A stretch of 64,000 bases of DNA from Candidatus Sumerlaeia bacterium (lineage in GTDB: Bacteria; Sumerlaeota; Sumerlaeia; SLMS01; JANRJK01). Made by a program: the position numbers and the translations under genes. How positions within the stretch are numbered: the stretch's first letter is position 1; every line of letters begins with the position of its first letter. This document shows, piece by piece, positions 38,601 through 47,330 of this stretch. The DNA is taken from NCBI GenBank assembly GCA_033764015.1, contig JANRJK010000046.1:72782-136781 (forward strand), written 5' to 3'. The notes under the pieces are model-generated. The model saw nothing but the letters and a program-made list of their open reading frames with translations, did not search any database and was not told the DNA's origin.

Positions 38601-39108
38601 TGACACCTTCGGCAATACGGACGAGCAGTTCTGGCTCAAGTCCCTTGCTTCCGGCTCGGTCAACTCCTCCGGCATCCACACCGGCCCGCTCACCATCCTG
38701 TCGCTCGACACGGCTGGCGCTCCGCTCACGAACCCCACCACGGGTTCGAACCTGAACGGCAGCAACGCCAACACGAACGGCACTGTGTTCGCCTTCATCT
38801 CGACCGCCGACAACATCTCGACGGACGACATCGACACCCAGGCTGACGCGTTCCTCGGCCGCACGCCGGTCACCGCCGACTCGTACCAGCTCGCCTCCGC
38901 CAGCTCCACCGGCGTCAAGTCCCCGGCGAACTCCTCGGCTGGCGCGCGCGTGACGACCTTCCTTAACGGCGACGCGTACGTCTACTTCCGCGGCGACGCC
39001 GACAACACGTTTGTCGCGAGCGACAACACGGCGATCGACGACATCTACATCAAGGGCTTCCTCACCGCCCCGCCCTCCGAGGCCGACAGCTGGAACATGT
39101 ACGAGTAA
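35602..39108 (+). CDS. Giant secreted protein with many PD40/TolB-like beta-propeller repeats
   Basis: There is a signal peptide and recurring DGRFVAF(T/S)S.ATNL(V/T)A.DTNG..DV(F/Y) repeat units characteristic of PD40 repeats. The protein is 1168 aa. Confidence 0.65.
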   Translation: MKMKTSLRILGTAAFAALLAGGASAANDFRTAGQYAAPWAMVPRSEIVNERALLDLDPDWQPYVRPATAAQRAAANQNLVLNGVFTEKERQRLLNLSRGSNLAPLDRLDITFVTGESAADLGISNAPAIRTAATPDGRFVAFTSLATNLTADDTNGAPQVYRYDRQTGTVIMVSKTGTGAGDNGSGMVTFTGGNPLTHDMWALGISDDGTKISFTSEATNLVAGDTNGVTDVFLWNFNGGTPTVSRMSVDAAGAELVGASYDGVVSGDGNHIAFFSQDAFGRTGGDLRAANAVDVNGDPVQPAAGTTLTAATVSQDIFYRTVASAASLTLVTHATGANNTEANSDSYHLSISGDGSKLAYVSRATNLTADVLPAPFTTTGSTNRYPRSNAFIWERSSNTNYLLSVSNTGAIPAATSTSDDCLFPHITRNGNWVAFQTGKALTPSITATGSTNGVRAVVRNVATLPPTAAAIRRANVNETSTLGFSLGRLDAGPVTVSEDGRVVAFWSYHVTDTNSNIFYANPVPVVKVFDTTTASTSTADQSGQIYELTDDSGDSFFDFDILSSLTKFGDGFWDGPQNRIEVGTSGADTILTFIHAAPNWTGPTRGIQQVYQATIPTASTTGTPTAVALVSEHSTSAPTGADSLGIPTDPHEHFAVNIRPAVSPNGRYIAFPMKGADAIFNLGISNDAAHVLVEGGVYIALADLQTNSLRFVSVDAKTDDAADYQVGGSSFGFTAASTDFFTDGVLRLEGQFLSRTVFLDSWAVSVSDTGRVAFMTIDDVYGPEEANTDLQNVAGNRALMFTGPNGVGAFAALNASGQVHQNDGGGIFFNDATYITPDGRYIGFTSPNNNVHPLSSPSGAVQTAYIYDTVTGVTRLVSNKRNTSNGNADGLPIGSTIMVGLSDTGQRALFGSLADVTGGNADDILNPGGDSADIGQLYIFDDLTDGVPNDGVGQVYLVSSTAAGVKAADADAPAPDFNLTFANFATLTGDGLSILLEGEADTFGNTDEQFWLKSLASGSVNSSGIHTGPLTILSLDTAGAPLTNPTTGSNLNGSNANTNGTVFAFISTADNISTDDIDTQADAFLGRTPVTADSYQLASASSTGVKSPANSSAGARVTTFLNGDAYVYFRGDADNTFVASDNTAIDDIYIKGFLTAPPSEADSWNMYE

Positions 39109-39310
39109 GCCAACCGGCCTACCCGCACCACACGCACCGACAGAGCGACTCCCCGGCCCGCAAGGGTCGGGGAGTTCTGTTTTCGGCCCCGCGCTGAAAC
39201 CCGCGTCCGCGCCCCGACCCCCGGCGCTGGCACTGGCCGCAGGAACGACAACGCCCCGGCGGGAAGGTTCTCCCGCCGGGGCGCCACCACTTACCGAACC
39301 GCGGCGCGGG

Positions 39311-40909
39311 CTATTCCAGACCGTACTTCTTCAGCTTCCGGGCCAGCCGCTTGCGGTCGATGCCGAGGATCTTCGCCGCTTCGACGCGCTTGCCCTTCGC
39401 GCGGCGCATCGCGTCCTGGATCTGGCGCTTCTCGATCTCCTCCAGCGTGAGCGGCCCCTCCGGGATCTTCGGCACGAACGCCTCGGCGAAGAGCTGCGGG
39501 GGCGCGGGCGCCGCTTCGGGCGGAGGGGGCTGCGGCGCGGCGGGGCGGGCCGTCCGCCGCGAAGCGGAAGGCTCCGGCTCGCCGTCCGCGTTGTACGCGA
39601 GGCTCTGCGCCGTCGGCATCGGGCGCGTCGCGGTCACCGCCGCCATCGCGTCCTCGCGGGAGCGGAAAAGCTGCCGCGGCAGGTCGCGAACACCGATCGT
39701 CTCCGCCGTCGACAGCGCGAAGCAGCGCTCGATCACGTTCTGCAGCTCGCGCACGTTGCCCGGCCAGGGGTAGGCCACCAGCGCGTTCATCGCGTCCGGG
39801 TCCACGCTCTTCGGGGCGACGTCGTACTCCTTCGCGTAGTAGACGATGAAGTGGTTGATGAGCAGGGGGATGTCCTCCTGCCGCTCGCGCAGCGCCGGCA
39901 CGTGGATGTTCACCACGTTCAGGCGGTAGAACAGGTCCTGGCGGAAGGTGGCGTTGCGCACCTCGTACTCGAGGTCGCGGTTCGTCGCGCAGATCAGCCG
40001 CACGTTCACCCGGATCGCCTGCGTGTCGCCGACGGGGATGATCTCGTGCTGCTGGATCGCGCGCAGCAGCTTCACCTGCAGGTGCGGGGACATCTCGGAG
40101 ATTTCGTCGAGGAAGAGCGTGCCGCCCTCCGCCGCTTGGAAGAAGCCGATGTGGTCGCCGACGGCGCCCGTGAAGGCGCCGCGCCGGTGGCCGAAGAGCT
40201 GCGACTCGAGGAGCGTCTCCGACAGCGCGCCGCAGTTGACCGCGACGAACGGGTAGCGCGCCAGCGGCCCGCTGTCGTGCACCGCGCGGGCGATCAGCTC
40301 CTTGCCCGCGCCGCTCTCGCCGGTGATCAGCACGTTGCTGCGGTTGCGCGCGACGCTCTGGATCATGCCGTGGATGCCGCGGATCAGGTGCGACTCGCCG
40401 ATGATCTCGTTCGAGGGCTCGTAGCGGTTCAGCCGCTCCTTCAACTGGCGGTTCTCGGACTTGAGCCGGCGCATGTCGAGCGTGCGCTCGAGCACCAGGA
40501 GGATCTCGTCCGCGTTGCACGGCTTGATCAGGTAGTCCGCCGCGCCCGCCTTCATCGCGGCGACCGCGGACTCGATGGAGCCGTGCCCCGTGAGCATGAT
40601 GACGGGCACCTCGGGGTGCTCCTCGCGGACCGCGCGCAGCAGCGTGAGGCCGTCCATGCGGGGCATCTGGAGGTCCGTCAGCACCGCGTCGAAGGGGGGC
40701 GGCGGATCGTCCGGCTGCGCGTCCTCGCGGGGCGGCGGCGCGTCCAGGAGCGCCTTCGCCTCCGTGCCGTCGCCCGCGGTGGAGACGTCGAAGCCGGCGC
40801 GGCGGAGGATCTTCGCCAGCATGGTGGTGAGGTTGCGCTCGTCGTCGACAACGAGGATGCGCGCGCCCTCGAAGGGGCGTTCTTTCTCGGGGGTCATCGG
40901 CTTCGCCAT
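39311..40909 (-). CDS. Sigma-54-dependent response regulator (NtrC family) with extended Pro-rich linker before the HTH
   Basis: Receiver domain (ILVVDDE...D), AAA+ sigma-54 interaction domain (GESGAGKE, the GAFTGA motif, ESQLFGH) and a C-terminal Fis-type HTH. The start is chosen at MAKPMTPE. Confidence 0.8.
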   Translation of the reverse strand: MAKPMTPEKERPFEGARILVVDDERNLTTMLAKILRRAGFDVSTAGDGTEAKALLDAPPPREDAQPDDPPPPFDAVLTDLQMPRMDGLTLLRAVREEHPEVPVIMLTGHGSIESAVAAMKAGAADYLIKPCNADEILLVLERTLDMRRLKSENRQLKERLNRYEPSNEIIGESHLIRGIHGMIQSVARNRSNVLITGESGAGKELIARAVHDSGPLARYPFVAVNCGALSETLLESQLFGHRRGAFTGAVGDHIGFFQAAEGGTLFLDEISEMSPHLQVKLLRAIQQHEIIPVGDTQAIRVNVRLICATNRDLEYEVRNATFRQDLFYRLNVVNIHVPALRERQEDIPLLINHFIVYYAKEYDVAPKSVDPDAMNALVAYPWPGNVRELQNVIERCFALSTAETIGVRDLPRQLFRSREDAMAAVTATRPMPTAQSLAYNADGEPEPSASRRTARPAAPQPPPPEAAPAPPQLFAEAFVPKIPEGPLTLEEIEKRQIQDAMRRAKGKRVEAAKILGIDRKRLARKLKKYGLE

Positions 40910-41209
40910 GTGTTGAGTCGGGCCATTCCGCCCCATGGGGGCAAGAAGCGAGCCCGGGTGGTCCGTCCCGGGCGGCTGCATCCTGCGACCACCGGCCGGG
41001 ACCGGAGGCCGGCCGCCCGTCCCCTCCGACATGCCTCGCGGCCATGCCGCAAACCGGCGGCTCCGCCGCTTCGCGCCACGGCGCCATCTCGCCCTTGTCG
41101 CTGTGTCCTTCGCGGTCGTCCTCTGCTGCTGTTTCCTACTGAACATGATGCCCGCGGCCAACGCGAGCGTCCACACCTACACCCAGTCCTGAGCCCGGAG
41201 GCTCCTCCC

Positions 41210-42685
41210 ATGGCGTTCCGCCGCATCCCGTCCGCCCCACTCCTCGCGCTGGCGGTGCTCGCGCCCGCCGCGCTCGCCGCGCAGACCCAGCCGCGGGAGG
41301 CCCAGAACCGCCAGGACGAAGTGCTCAACATCAACCGCGACGCATCGCCCGACTCCGAGTCGTTCAAGATCCTCCGCTCCGGCGACAAGCTCGAGATCAA
41401 CCGCTACGTCACGAAGGTCTATCCGCTCAAGCACGCCAACCCCTACGAGATCCTCCCCTATCTGCGGACCGCCGCCGCGCTCGAGAAGGGCAGCGTCGCC
41501 ACCGCCTGGATCCCCCGCCCCGGCGAGCCCGCCAGCGCCTGGATCCAGGTGAACGTCCCCGAGTTCCAGATCCCCTACCTCGACGCCGCGGTCGCCGCCT
41601 ACGACGTGCCCGACTTCGCCTCCATCCCCGGCAACGTCCACTTCAGCTACCGCACCAAGTACCGCAACGCGGTCGAGGTGGCGGACTTCATCCGCGCCAC
41701 CACGCTCTCGCCGGACGGCCTGATCCGCGGCGACGCGGCCACCAACACGATCTTCGTGATCGACTCGCCGAGCGACTTCCGCCGCGACCTGGCGCAGATC
41801 GAGTTCTACGACGTCCCCGCGCCGCAGCTCGATGTAGAGGTCACCGTCGTCGAGCTCACCGAGGTCGACCAGACGCGGCTCGGGCTCGACTGGGACGCCT
41901 GGAAGAGCGCCCTCTCCGGCTCCGCCACGCTGGCCTCGTCGTCCTCGCGGACGGAGCCCTCCAGCGGGGGAGTCCTCCAGGCGCAGGCCCGCAGCTTCGA
42001 CGGCATCCTCTCCCTCGACGCGACCACCGCCGCGCGCTTCGCCGGCTACCTGGTCGACACCGGCAAGGCGGAGATCCTCCTGCGGACGAACCTCACCGTC
42101 ACCAACGGCACGCTCTCGACCGTCTCCTCCGGCACCGACGTGCCCGCCTTCACCTACACGTTCAACAAGGACTTGGGGAAGTCGCTGCTGACGCGCACCC
42201 CCTCGACGCCGACGACGGAGGGCTTCTCCCTCGCCCTGGTGCCGACGGTGGCCATGAACGCGGCGCGCCTCGATGTGGCGTTCGCGCTCCGCAGCCCGGT
42301 CGCCGTCGACAGCACCGGCGCACCGATCTTCTCGGAGCAGGACCTCGCGGCGGAACTCACCCTCGAACAGGACCAACTCTACAAAGTCGGCGGCGTGCGC
42401 CGGGGAGTCACGGCCAAGCAACGCAAGGGCTTCCCCCTCCTACGCGACATCCCCGTCCTCAAGTACCTCTTCTCCAGCGAGACCGACATCGTCCGCGAGA
42501 CGGAGCTTTACGTGTTCCTCAAGCCCGCATGGACCTCCCCCGTCACCCCGGCCATGGACGCGATGAGCGGCGACTCCCCGCAGGTCGCCAAGCAGGTCTC
42601 GGAGATCCTGAAGGCGAACCCGAACCTCTCGATCAGCGCGGAGGACGCGGCGCTGCTGGACCGCTACTTCGAGTCGAAGCCGTGA
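41210..42685 (+). CDS. Secretin (T2SS/T4P GspD/PilQ family), short form
   Basis: There is a signal peptide and N-domain-like repeats. The C-terminal secretin signature is KVGGVRRG...GFPLLRDIPVLKYLFSSETDIVRETELYVFLKP. The gene is divergent from the sigma-54 regulator. Confidence 0.7.
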   Translation: MAFRRIPSAPLLALAVLAPAALAAQTQPREAQNRQDEVLNINRDASPDSESFKILRSGDKLEINRYVTKVYPLKHANPYEILPYLRTAAALEKGSVATAWIPRPGEPASAWIQVNVPEFQIPYLDAAVAAYDVPDFASIPGNVHFSYRTKYRNAVEVADFIRATTLSPDGLIRGDAATNTIFVIDSPSDFRRDLAQIEFYDVPAPQLDVEVTVVELTEVDQTRLGLDWDAWKSALSGSATLASSSSRTEPSSGGVLQAQARSFDGILSLDATTAARFAGYLVDTGKAEILLRTNLTVTNGTLSTVSSGTDVPAFTYTFNKDLGKSLLTRTPSTPTTEGFSLALVPTVAMNAARLDVAFALRSPVAVDSTGAPIFSEQDLAAELTLEQDQLYKVGGVRRGVTAKQRKGFPLLRDIPVLKYLFSSETDIVRETELYVFLKPAWTSPVTPAMDAMSGDSPQVAKQVSEILKANPNLSISAEDAALLDRYFESKP

Positions 42686-42790
42686 CCCGGGGCGGGGCGG
42701 CTTGACAGAGTTGCGGATGGGAAGCTCTGGTAAGTGCGCGCGGGGGCGGCGCAACCCCCCGCGCGCAGCCACTTCCCAGAGGCGCCCGAC

Positions 42791-43216
42791 GTGATCACCA
42801 CCACCGGCGAATACGCGCTCCGCGCCGCCGCCTACCTCGCGCAGCACCCGGCCGGCTCCACCACCTCAGCCATCATCGCGGAGGCGACCAAGGTACCGCA
42901 CGGCTACCTGCAAAAGGTCCTGAAGCAACTGGTGCGCGCCGGGCTGATCGCCTCGCAGCGCGGCCTCAACGGCGGCTTCGTCCTCGCGCGCCCCGCCGCG
43001 GAGATCTCCATCCTCGACGTGCTCCGCGCCGTCGACGCCGCCCCGCAGCGCATCACCCGGTGCCCCTTGGGGCTGGCGGGACATGTACGGCTGTGCCCGG
43101 TGCACCGGCTGGTCGACGACGCCACGGCCGCCATCGAGGCCGCCTTCGCCAAGGCGAGCCTCGCGGACATGTCCGCAACCGCCGGCGGGGTCAAAGCACT
43201 CTGCGAAGCGAAGTGA
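42791..43216 (+). CDS. Rrf2-family transcriptional regulator
   Basis: ITTTGEYALRAAAYLA is the Rrf2 N-terminal wHTH. The C-terminal Cys residues CPLGLAGHVRLCPVH resemble the Fe-S ligands of IscR/NsrR. A GTG start is chosen. Confidence 0.7.
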   Translation: MITTTGEYALRAAAYLAQHPAGSTTSAIIAEATKVPHGYLQKVLKQLVRAGLIASQRGLNGGFVLARPAAEISILDVLRAVDAAPQRITRCPLGLAGHVRLCPVHRLVDDATAAIEAAFAKASLADMSATAGGVKALCEAK

Positions 43217-43375
43217 ACGATGGCGGGCCGGGCCGCCTATCCTGCTATCCGAACGCCCCAGAGCGGATGGGCTGGTCAGTGCCGAGTAGAAAGCAAGCCC
43301 CGGCGTGACCGGGATTCACCCGTGTCCCGAGTCCACTCTGTCCGCGATGCCTTGGGGGCGGGAAAGGCCCCCCCT

Positions 43376-43696
43376 TCACCCCTCCTCGAGCTTCACCGCC
43401 GTCCCGTAAACTAGCAGTTCCGCCGCGTTGTGGGCGACCTCCGTGGTGGTGAAGCGGAGGCCCACGACGGCGTCGGCGCCCATGGAGCGCGCGTCCTCGA
43501 TCAGCCGGTCGAGCGCCTGCTCGCGCGTTTGCGCGATGACGGCGGTGTACTCGTGGAGTTCGCCGCCGACGATGTTCTTGAAGTACGCGACGACGTCGTC
43601 CCCGCCGGGAAGCGCGCGGACGGAGCAGCCCTTCGCCAGGCCGCAGACACGCACGACCTTGTGTCCGGGAACGGTTTCCGTGGTGAGGAGCATCAT
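43376..43696 (-). CDS. YbjQ/UPF0145-family protein
   Basis: MMLLTTETVPGHKVV...VVGLRFTTTEVA...ELLVYGTAVK is a typical YbjQ_1 domain of about 106 aa. Confidence 0.7.
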   Translation of the reverse strand: MMLLTTETVPGHKVVRVCGLAKGCSVRALPGGDDVVAYFKNIVGGELHEYTAVIAQTREQALDRLIEDARSMGADAVVGLRFTTTEVAHNAAELLVYGTAVKLEEG

Positions 43697-44133
43697 CGGC
43701 GGATCCTCCGGTATCGGTCCTTCGGCGCCTCGCGGAGGCGGCCGCGCAACGCGAGCGCGAAAAGCATCGAAAGCCCCGCGAAGAAGAGCGCTTCGCCGAG
43801 CTGGAGCAAGGGGTTCGGCGTCAGCAGGATGATGAGGACGGCGCCGGTGACGAGGAGGACCGCGGCGCCGGCGTACATGACGGACTGGCCGGTGCGGCGC
43901 GCGAGGCGCTCGTCGATCTGTTCCCAGTAGCCGTCCCAGACGGCGGCGCGGGGAGGCTTCACCTTCAGCGGTTGGATCGCGGCCATGAGGGCGGCCTGCG
44001 AGGCGACTTCGGCGCGCCACTCGGGGTGGTCGCCGAGCAGGCGCTCGAACTCCCGGCGCTCCGCGGGGGAGAGTTCGCCGTCCAGGTAGGCGGCGATGGT
44101 CTCCTCGGTCATCGGTGTCTTGGCGGGCATCAT
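43693..44133 (-). CDS. Membrane-anchored anti-sigma factor
   Basis: The N-terminal ASD motif is TEETIAAYLDGELSPAERREFERLL and there is a single TM. The start overlaps the ECF sigma gene region and the 3' end overlaps ybjQ by 4 nt. Confidence 0.65.
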   Translation of the reverse strand: MMPAKTPMTEETIAAYLDGELSPAERREFERLLGDHPEWRAEVASQAALMAAIQPLKVKPPRAAVWDGYWEQIDERLARRTGQSVMYAGAAVLLVTGAVLIILLTPNPLLQLGEALFFAGLSMLFALALRGRLREAPKDRYRRIRR

Positions 44134-44152
44134 GCGGCGTCCTGGTGCGATC

Positions 44153-44755
44153 TCACGAACCGACCCGGTAGGGCTCCATCAGTTTGGCGAGGTTCTTCCG
44201 CGCGTGGAAAAGGCGGCTCATCACGGTGCCGATGGGGATATCGAGGACCGTGGCGATCTCCTCGTAGGTCATTTCCTGGAAGTGCTTCATGAGGATGATC
44301 TCGCGGAAGTCCGGCTTGAGCTGCCCGATCGCCTGGCGCATGTGCCGGGCCATCTGCTCCGTCTGGATGCGCTCCACCGGGTCGTCGGCGGCGGCCTCGA
44401 ACTGCATGTGGTCCTCGTCGGCCATGCGGTCCAGCGAGGTGGTGCGGTGGGGGCCGTGCTTCTTGAGGTGGTTGAGGCAGGCATTGCGGAGGATCCGGTA
44501 GAGCCAAGGATACCACGGCCGCGCGGTGTCGAAGCGGTCGAGGGCGTTGTACGCCTTGACGAAGGCGTCCTGCGACAGGTCCCGGGCGTCCTCCTCGTTG
44601 CGCACCAGGGCGAACGCGGCGGCGAAGAGGCGCTCGCGGTGCGCTTCCACCAGCTCGCCGTAGGCGTGCCGGTCGCCCCTGCGGGCGGCCTCGACCAGGC
44701 GGCGCTCCGCGGCGGCGTCCAACGCATGGTGCTGAGAGTCCTCCGGACCTGCCAA
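44153..44755 (-). CDS. ECF (sigma-70 family group IV) RNA polymerase sigma factor
   Basis: The region 2 motif is FVKAYNALDRFDTARPWYPWLYRILRNACLN and region 4 is TYEEIATVLDIPIGTVMSRLFHARKNL. Confidence 0.8.
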   Translation of the reverse strand: MAGPEDSQHHALDAAAERRLVEAARRGDRHAYGELVEAHRERLFAAAFALVRNEEDARDLSQDAFVKAYNALDRFDTARPWYPWLYRILRNACLNHLKKHGPHRTTSLDRMADEDHMQFEAAADDPVERIQTEQMARHMRQAIGQLKPDFREIILMKHFQEMTYEEIATVLDIPIGTVMSRLFHARKNLAKLMEPYRVGS

Positions 44756-44961
44756 CGCCGGTTTCCTTCTCGGGTGGATTCCCGGCGGCGTCTGGTGCCC
44801 CTTACACGCCGGCTGCGGAAGTATTCACGCGGCAAGCATCGCGCGCCTTCATCGCGGCGCAACCGCAAGGGAGCCGCACTCGCGCTTGCATTCGCGCCCC
44901 CGCCGCCGTTTCATGGCGGCCAGCATCGGCCCATCCCCCTCCGCGCCCGCGCAGCCGCCCC

Positions 44962-45732
44962 ATGTCGGAAGCCCCAATCCCCGCCGTTCCGGGCAGAATA
45001 CGCCTCCCCGTCTTCGAGGGGCCGCTCGACCTCCTGCTCCACCTCGTGAAGATCAACGAGATGGACGTGGTCGACCTGCAAATCTCCGAAATCACCCGCC
45101 AATACATCGAGTACCTGCACGCGATGGCCGAGATGGACCTCGAGGTCGCCGGCGACTTCCTCGTGATGGCGGCCACGCTCATGAACATCAAGCTGCGCTC
45201 GATCCTCCCCGCACCGCCGAAGGAGAACGCCGCCGAGGACGAGGCGGAGTTGGACGACATCCTCTCCACGCAGGACCTGGTGCGGCGGCTGGTCGAGTAC
45301 CGCCGCGTGAAGGAGCTGGCGGCGGCGCTCCGCGAGCGCGAGGAGGCGCAGGCCGGTATCTTCTACCGCGGCGCCACCGTGATCCCCGTGGCGCCCGCCC
45401 GCGAAGAGCTGCCGCAGCAGGACATCCTCGCGCTCTTCGACCAGTTCGTGAAGGTGCTCAACCAGGCCAAGGCGCGCCCCGAGCACCACGTCCAGGAGGA
45501 GCGCTTCACCGTCGAGGAGAAGGTCTCCGCGATGCGCGAGGGCCTGCGCCGCGACCGGCGGCTCAACCTCACGCGGCTCTTCTCCACCTGCGTGAACAAG
45601 GACGAGATTGTCTGCTACTTCCTCGCGATCCTGGAACTCGCCAAGATGCGCGAGATCACGATCGCGCAGGCGGGCAGCTTCGAGGACATCCTCGTGGAGC
45701 CGTGGGACGAGAAGGTGGTCTATGTCGGCTGA
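44962..45732 (+). CDS. scpA: Segregation and condensation protein A
   Basis: FEGPLDLLLHLVKINEMDVVDLQISEITRQY is the ScpA N-terminal signature. The gene overlaps scpB by 11 nt. Confidence 0.85.
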   Translation: MSEAPIPAVPGRIRLPVFEGPLDLLLHLVKINEMDVVDLQISEITRQYIEYLHAMAEMDLEVAGDFLVMAATLMNIKLRSILPAPPKENAAEDEAELDDILSTQDLVRRLVEYRRVKELAAALREREEAQAGIFYRGATVIPVAPAREELPQQDILALFDQFVKVLNQAKARPEHHVQEERFTVEEKVSAMREGLRRDRRLNLTRLFSTCVNKDEIVCYFLAILELAKMREITIAQAGSFEDILVEPWDEKVVYVG

Positions 45733-46345
45733 GGACTTGGATAGGGCGCTCCCCGCCGCCGCGGACGACTTGGCCCCGGAAGGCGCCGCGCCCGCTCCCG
45801 AAGGACCCATGCGCTTGGCCGTCCTCGAGGCGCTGCTCTTCTCGGCGCCGGGACCGCTCCGCCCGGAGCAGCTCGCCGCGCTCCTAGGCGTCGGCGAGGC
45901 GGAGGCGGCCGCCGCCGTCGAACTGCTCCGCGGGCGCTACGCCGCGCTCGACGCCGGGCTCGCGGTGCTCGATGTGGCCGGCGGGTGGCAGCTCGCCACC
46001 AAGCCCGCGCTGGCGGACTGGGTGTTCCGCCTGCACGGGCACCGCAAGAAGAGCCCGGTGACGCCGGCGCTGCTCGAGTCGCTGGCGATCATCGCCTACA
46101 AGCAGCCGATCGGGCGCGCGGAAGTTGAAGCGATTCGCGGCGTGGACTGCGGCGGCGCGGTGCGCTCGCTGCTCGACGCGGGCCTGATCGAATCGGTCGG
46201 CCGCAAGGAAACGCCGGGGCGCCCGTCGCTCTACGGCACCACGGAACTCTTCCTCCGCACCTTCGGGCTGACCAGCCTGGCGGAGCTGCCGATGCCGGGG
46301 GACGGGCCGCCCACGCTGCCGCGCCCGGCGGAAGGCGGCGCATGA
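45722..46345 (+). CDS. scpB: Segregation and condensation protein B
   Basis: VLEALLFSAPGPL...IAYKQPIGRAEVEAIRGV...LLDAGLIESVGRKETPGRPSLYGTT are ScpB winged-helix motifs. Confidence 0.85.
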   Translation: MSAEDLDRALPAAADDLAPEGAAPAPEGPMRLAVLEALLFSAPGPLRPEQLAALLGVGEAEAAAAVELLRGRYAALDAGLAVLDVAGGWQLATKPALADWVFRLHGHRKKSPVTPALLESLAIIAYKQPIGRAEVEAIRGVDCGGAVRSLLDAGLIESVGRKETPGRPSLYGTTELFLRTFGLTSLAELPMPGDGPPTLPRPAEGGA

Positions 46346-46731
46346 GCCCCCGCCCGGGCTGGCCCTACGACCGCGAGTTCGCCTGCCACCGCTGCGGAAA
46401 CTGCTGCCGAGGCTCCGGCTACGTCTCCATGAGCGCGGAGGACATCGCCAACGCCGCGCGGCACATCGGCGTGCCGGTGCCGGAGTTCAAGGACACCTAC
46501 TGCCGCGAACTCCCCGAGGACCTCGTCGTCCTCCGCGACCAGGGGGACGCCGAGCAGTCCTGCGTGTTCCTCACGCCGGAGAACACCTGCCGCGTCCACG
46601 GTTCGAAGCCGAAGCAGTGCCGGGACTTCCCGTTCCACTGGCGCCCGGACAACGTCCTCGAGTTCTGCGAGGGAATGCGCGCGATCGCCGGCCTCCCCCC
46701 GGGGGGGAAGCCGACGATGTCGCGCGAGTAG
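46342..46731 (+). CDS. YkgJ-family (UPF0153) Zn/Fe-S cluster protein
   Basis: CHRCGNCCRG ... C..C CxxCxxCC-type motif. The protein is 129 aa. The start overlaps the scpB stop. Confidence 0.65.
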   Translation: MSPRPGWPYDREFACHRCGNCCRGSGYVSMSAEDIANAARHIGVPVPEFKDTYCRELPEDLVVLRDQGDAEQSCVFLTPENTCRVHGSKPKQCRDFPFHWRPDNVLEFCEGMRAIAGLPPGGKPTMSRE

Positions 46732-46743
46732 CGGCGGGTCCGC

Positions 46744-47172
46744 TTACTTGGCGTCCTCGTAGCCGAAGTTCTCCGGCTCGAAGTACAGCTCCTTCGTCCG
46801 CACCGGATGCGTCGCGTCGAGCCCCGGCGGCGAGATCACGGTGGAACCGCTGCCGACCTCGACCTGCTGGACCGACGCAACCTGGCCGTTCGCGTCGATG
46901 ATGACGATGGTGTCCGTGCGCCGGACGGTGCTGTAGAGGCCGAGGTAGTTGCGCCCCTTCAGGTTCTTGTAGACCAGGATCTCCATCCCGTTGCGCTCGT
47001 AGATCGAGTTCGGGCTGCCGAGGTTGACGAAGGCGTCGGCGCGCGAGGCGCCCTCGGAGAGGACGGCGCCAAGGCGGGCGGAGCCGAAGTCCTGGCGCGA
47101 GTAGAGGACGCCGCAGCCGCTCGCGAGCGGGAGGGTGGCGGCGGCGACGGCCGCGAGGAGCAGGTGCTTCAT
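46744..47172 (-). CDS. Lipoprotein, hypothetical
   Basis: MKHLLLAAVAAATLPLASGCG, lipobox LASGC. Confidence 0.55.
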   Translation of the reverse strand: MKHLLLAAVAAATLPLASGCGVLYSRQDFGSARLGAVLSEGASRADAFVNLGSPNSIYERNGMEILVYKNLKGRNYLGLYSTVRRTDTIVIIDANGQVASVQQVEVGSGSTVISPPGLDATHPVRTKELYFEPENFGYEDAK

Positions 47173-47330
47173 GGGGGTGTTTCCTTCCATCGAGGCGTCC
47201 CCGGCGTCGGCGCCGGGGCGCGGGTGTCCCCCCGCGATGGCGCTCCGCCGCGCACACTGTCAACGCCCAGCGGCTCCGCGCAGTGCGAATCCCGTTGCGG
47301 GAAAGCCGCCCGCCGGATGGGACTTGGCCC

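Noticed and set aside
39011-41200. Upstream part of the 1224-aa plus ORF 39011..42685 preceding the secretin
   Set aside because: Only the segment from 41210 (MAFRRIPS, signal peptide) has secretin homology. The upstream part is antisense to the sigma-54 regulator gene and compositionally artefactual.
40920-41210. Sigma-54 promoter (TGGCAC-N5-TTGCA) upstream of the secretin gene
   Set aside because: I found only a degenerate GGCGCC...TTGTC. That is insufficient to call a -24/-12 element.
43330-43375. GGGGGC-gggaaag-GCCCCC hairpin between the Rrf2 regulator and ybjQ as a terminator
   Set aside because: It has a short stem and no U-tract on either strand. It is not distinguishable from chance in GC-rich DNA.
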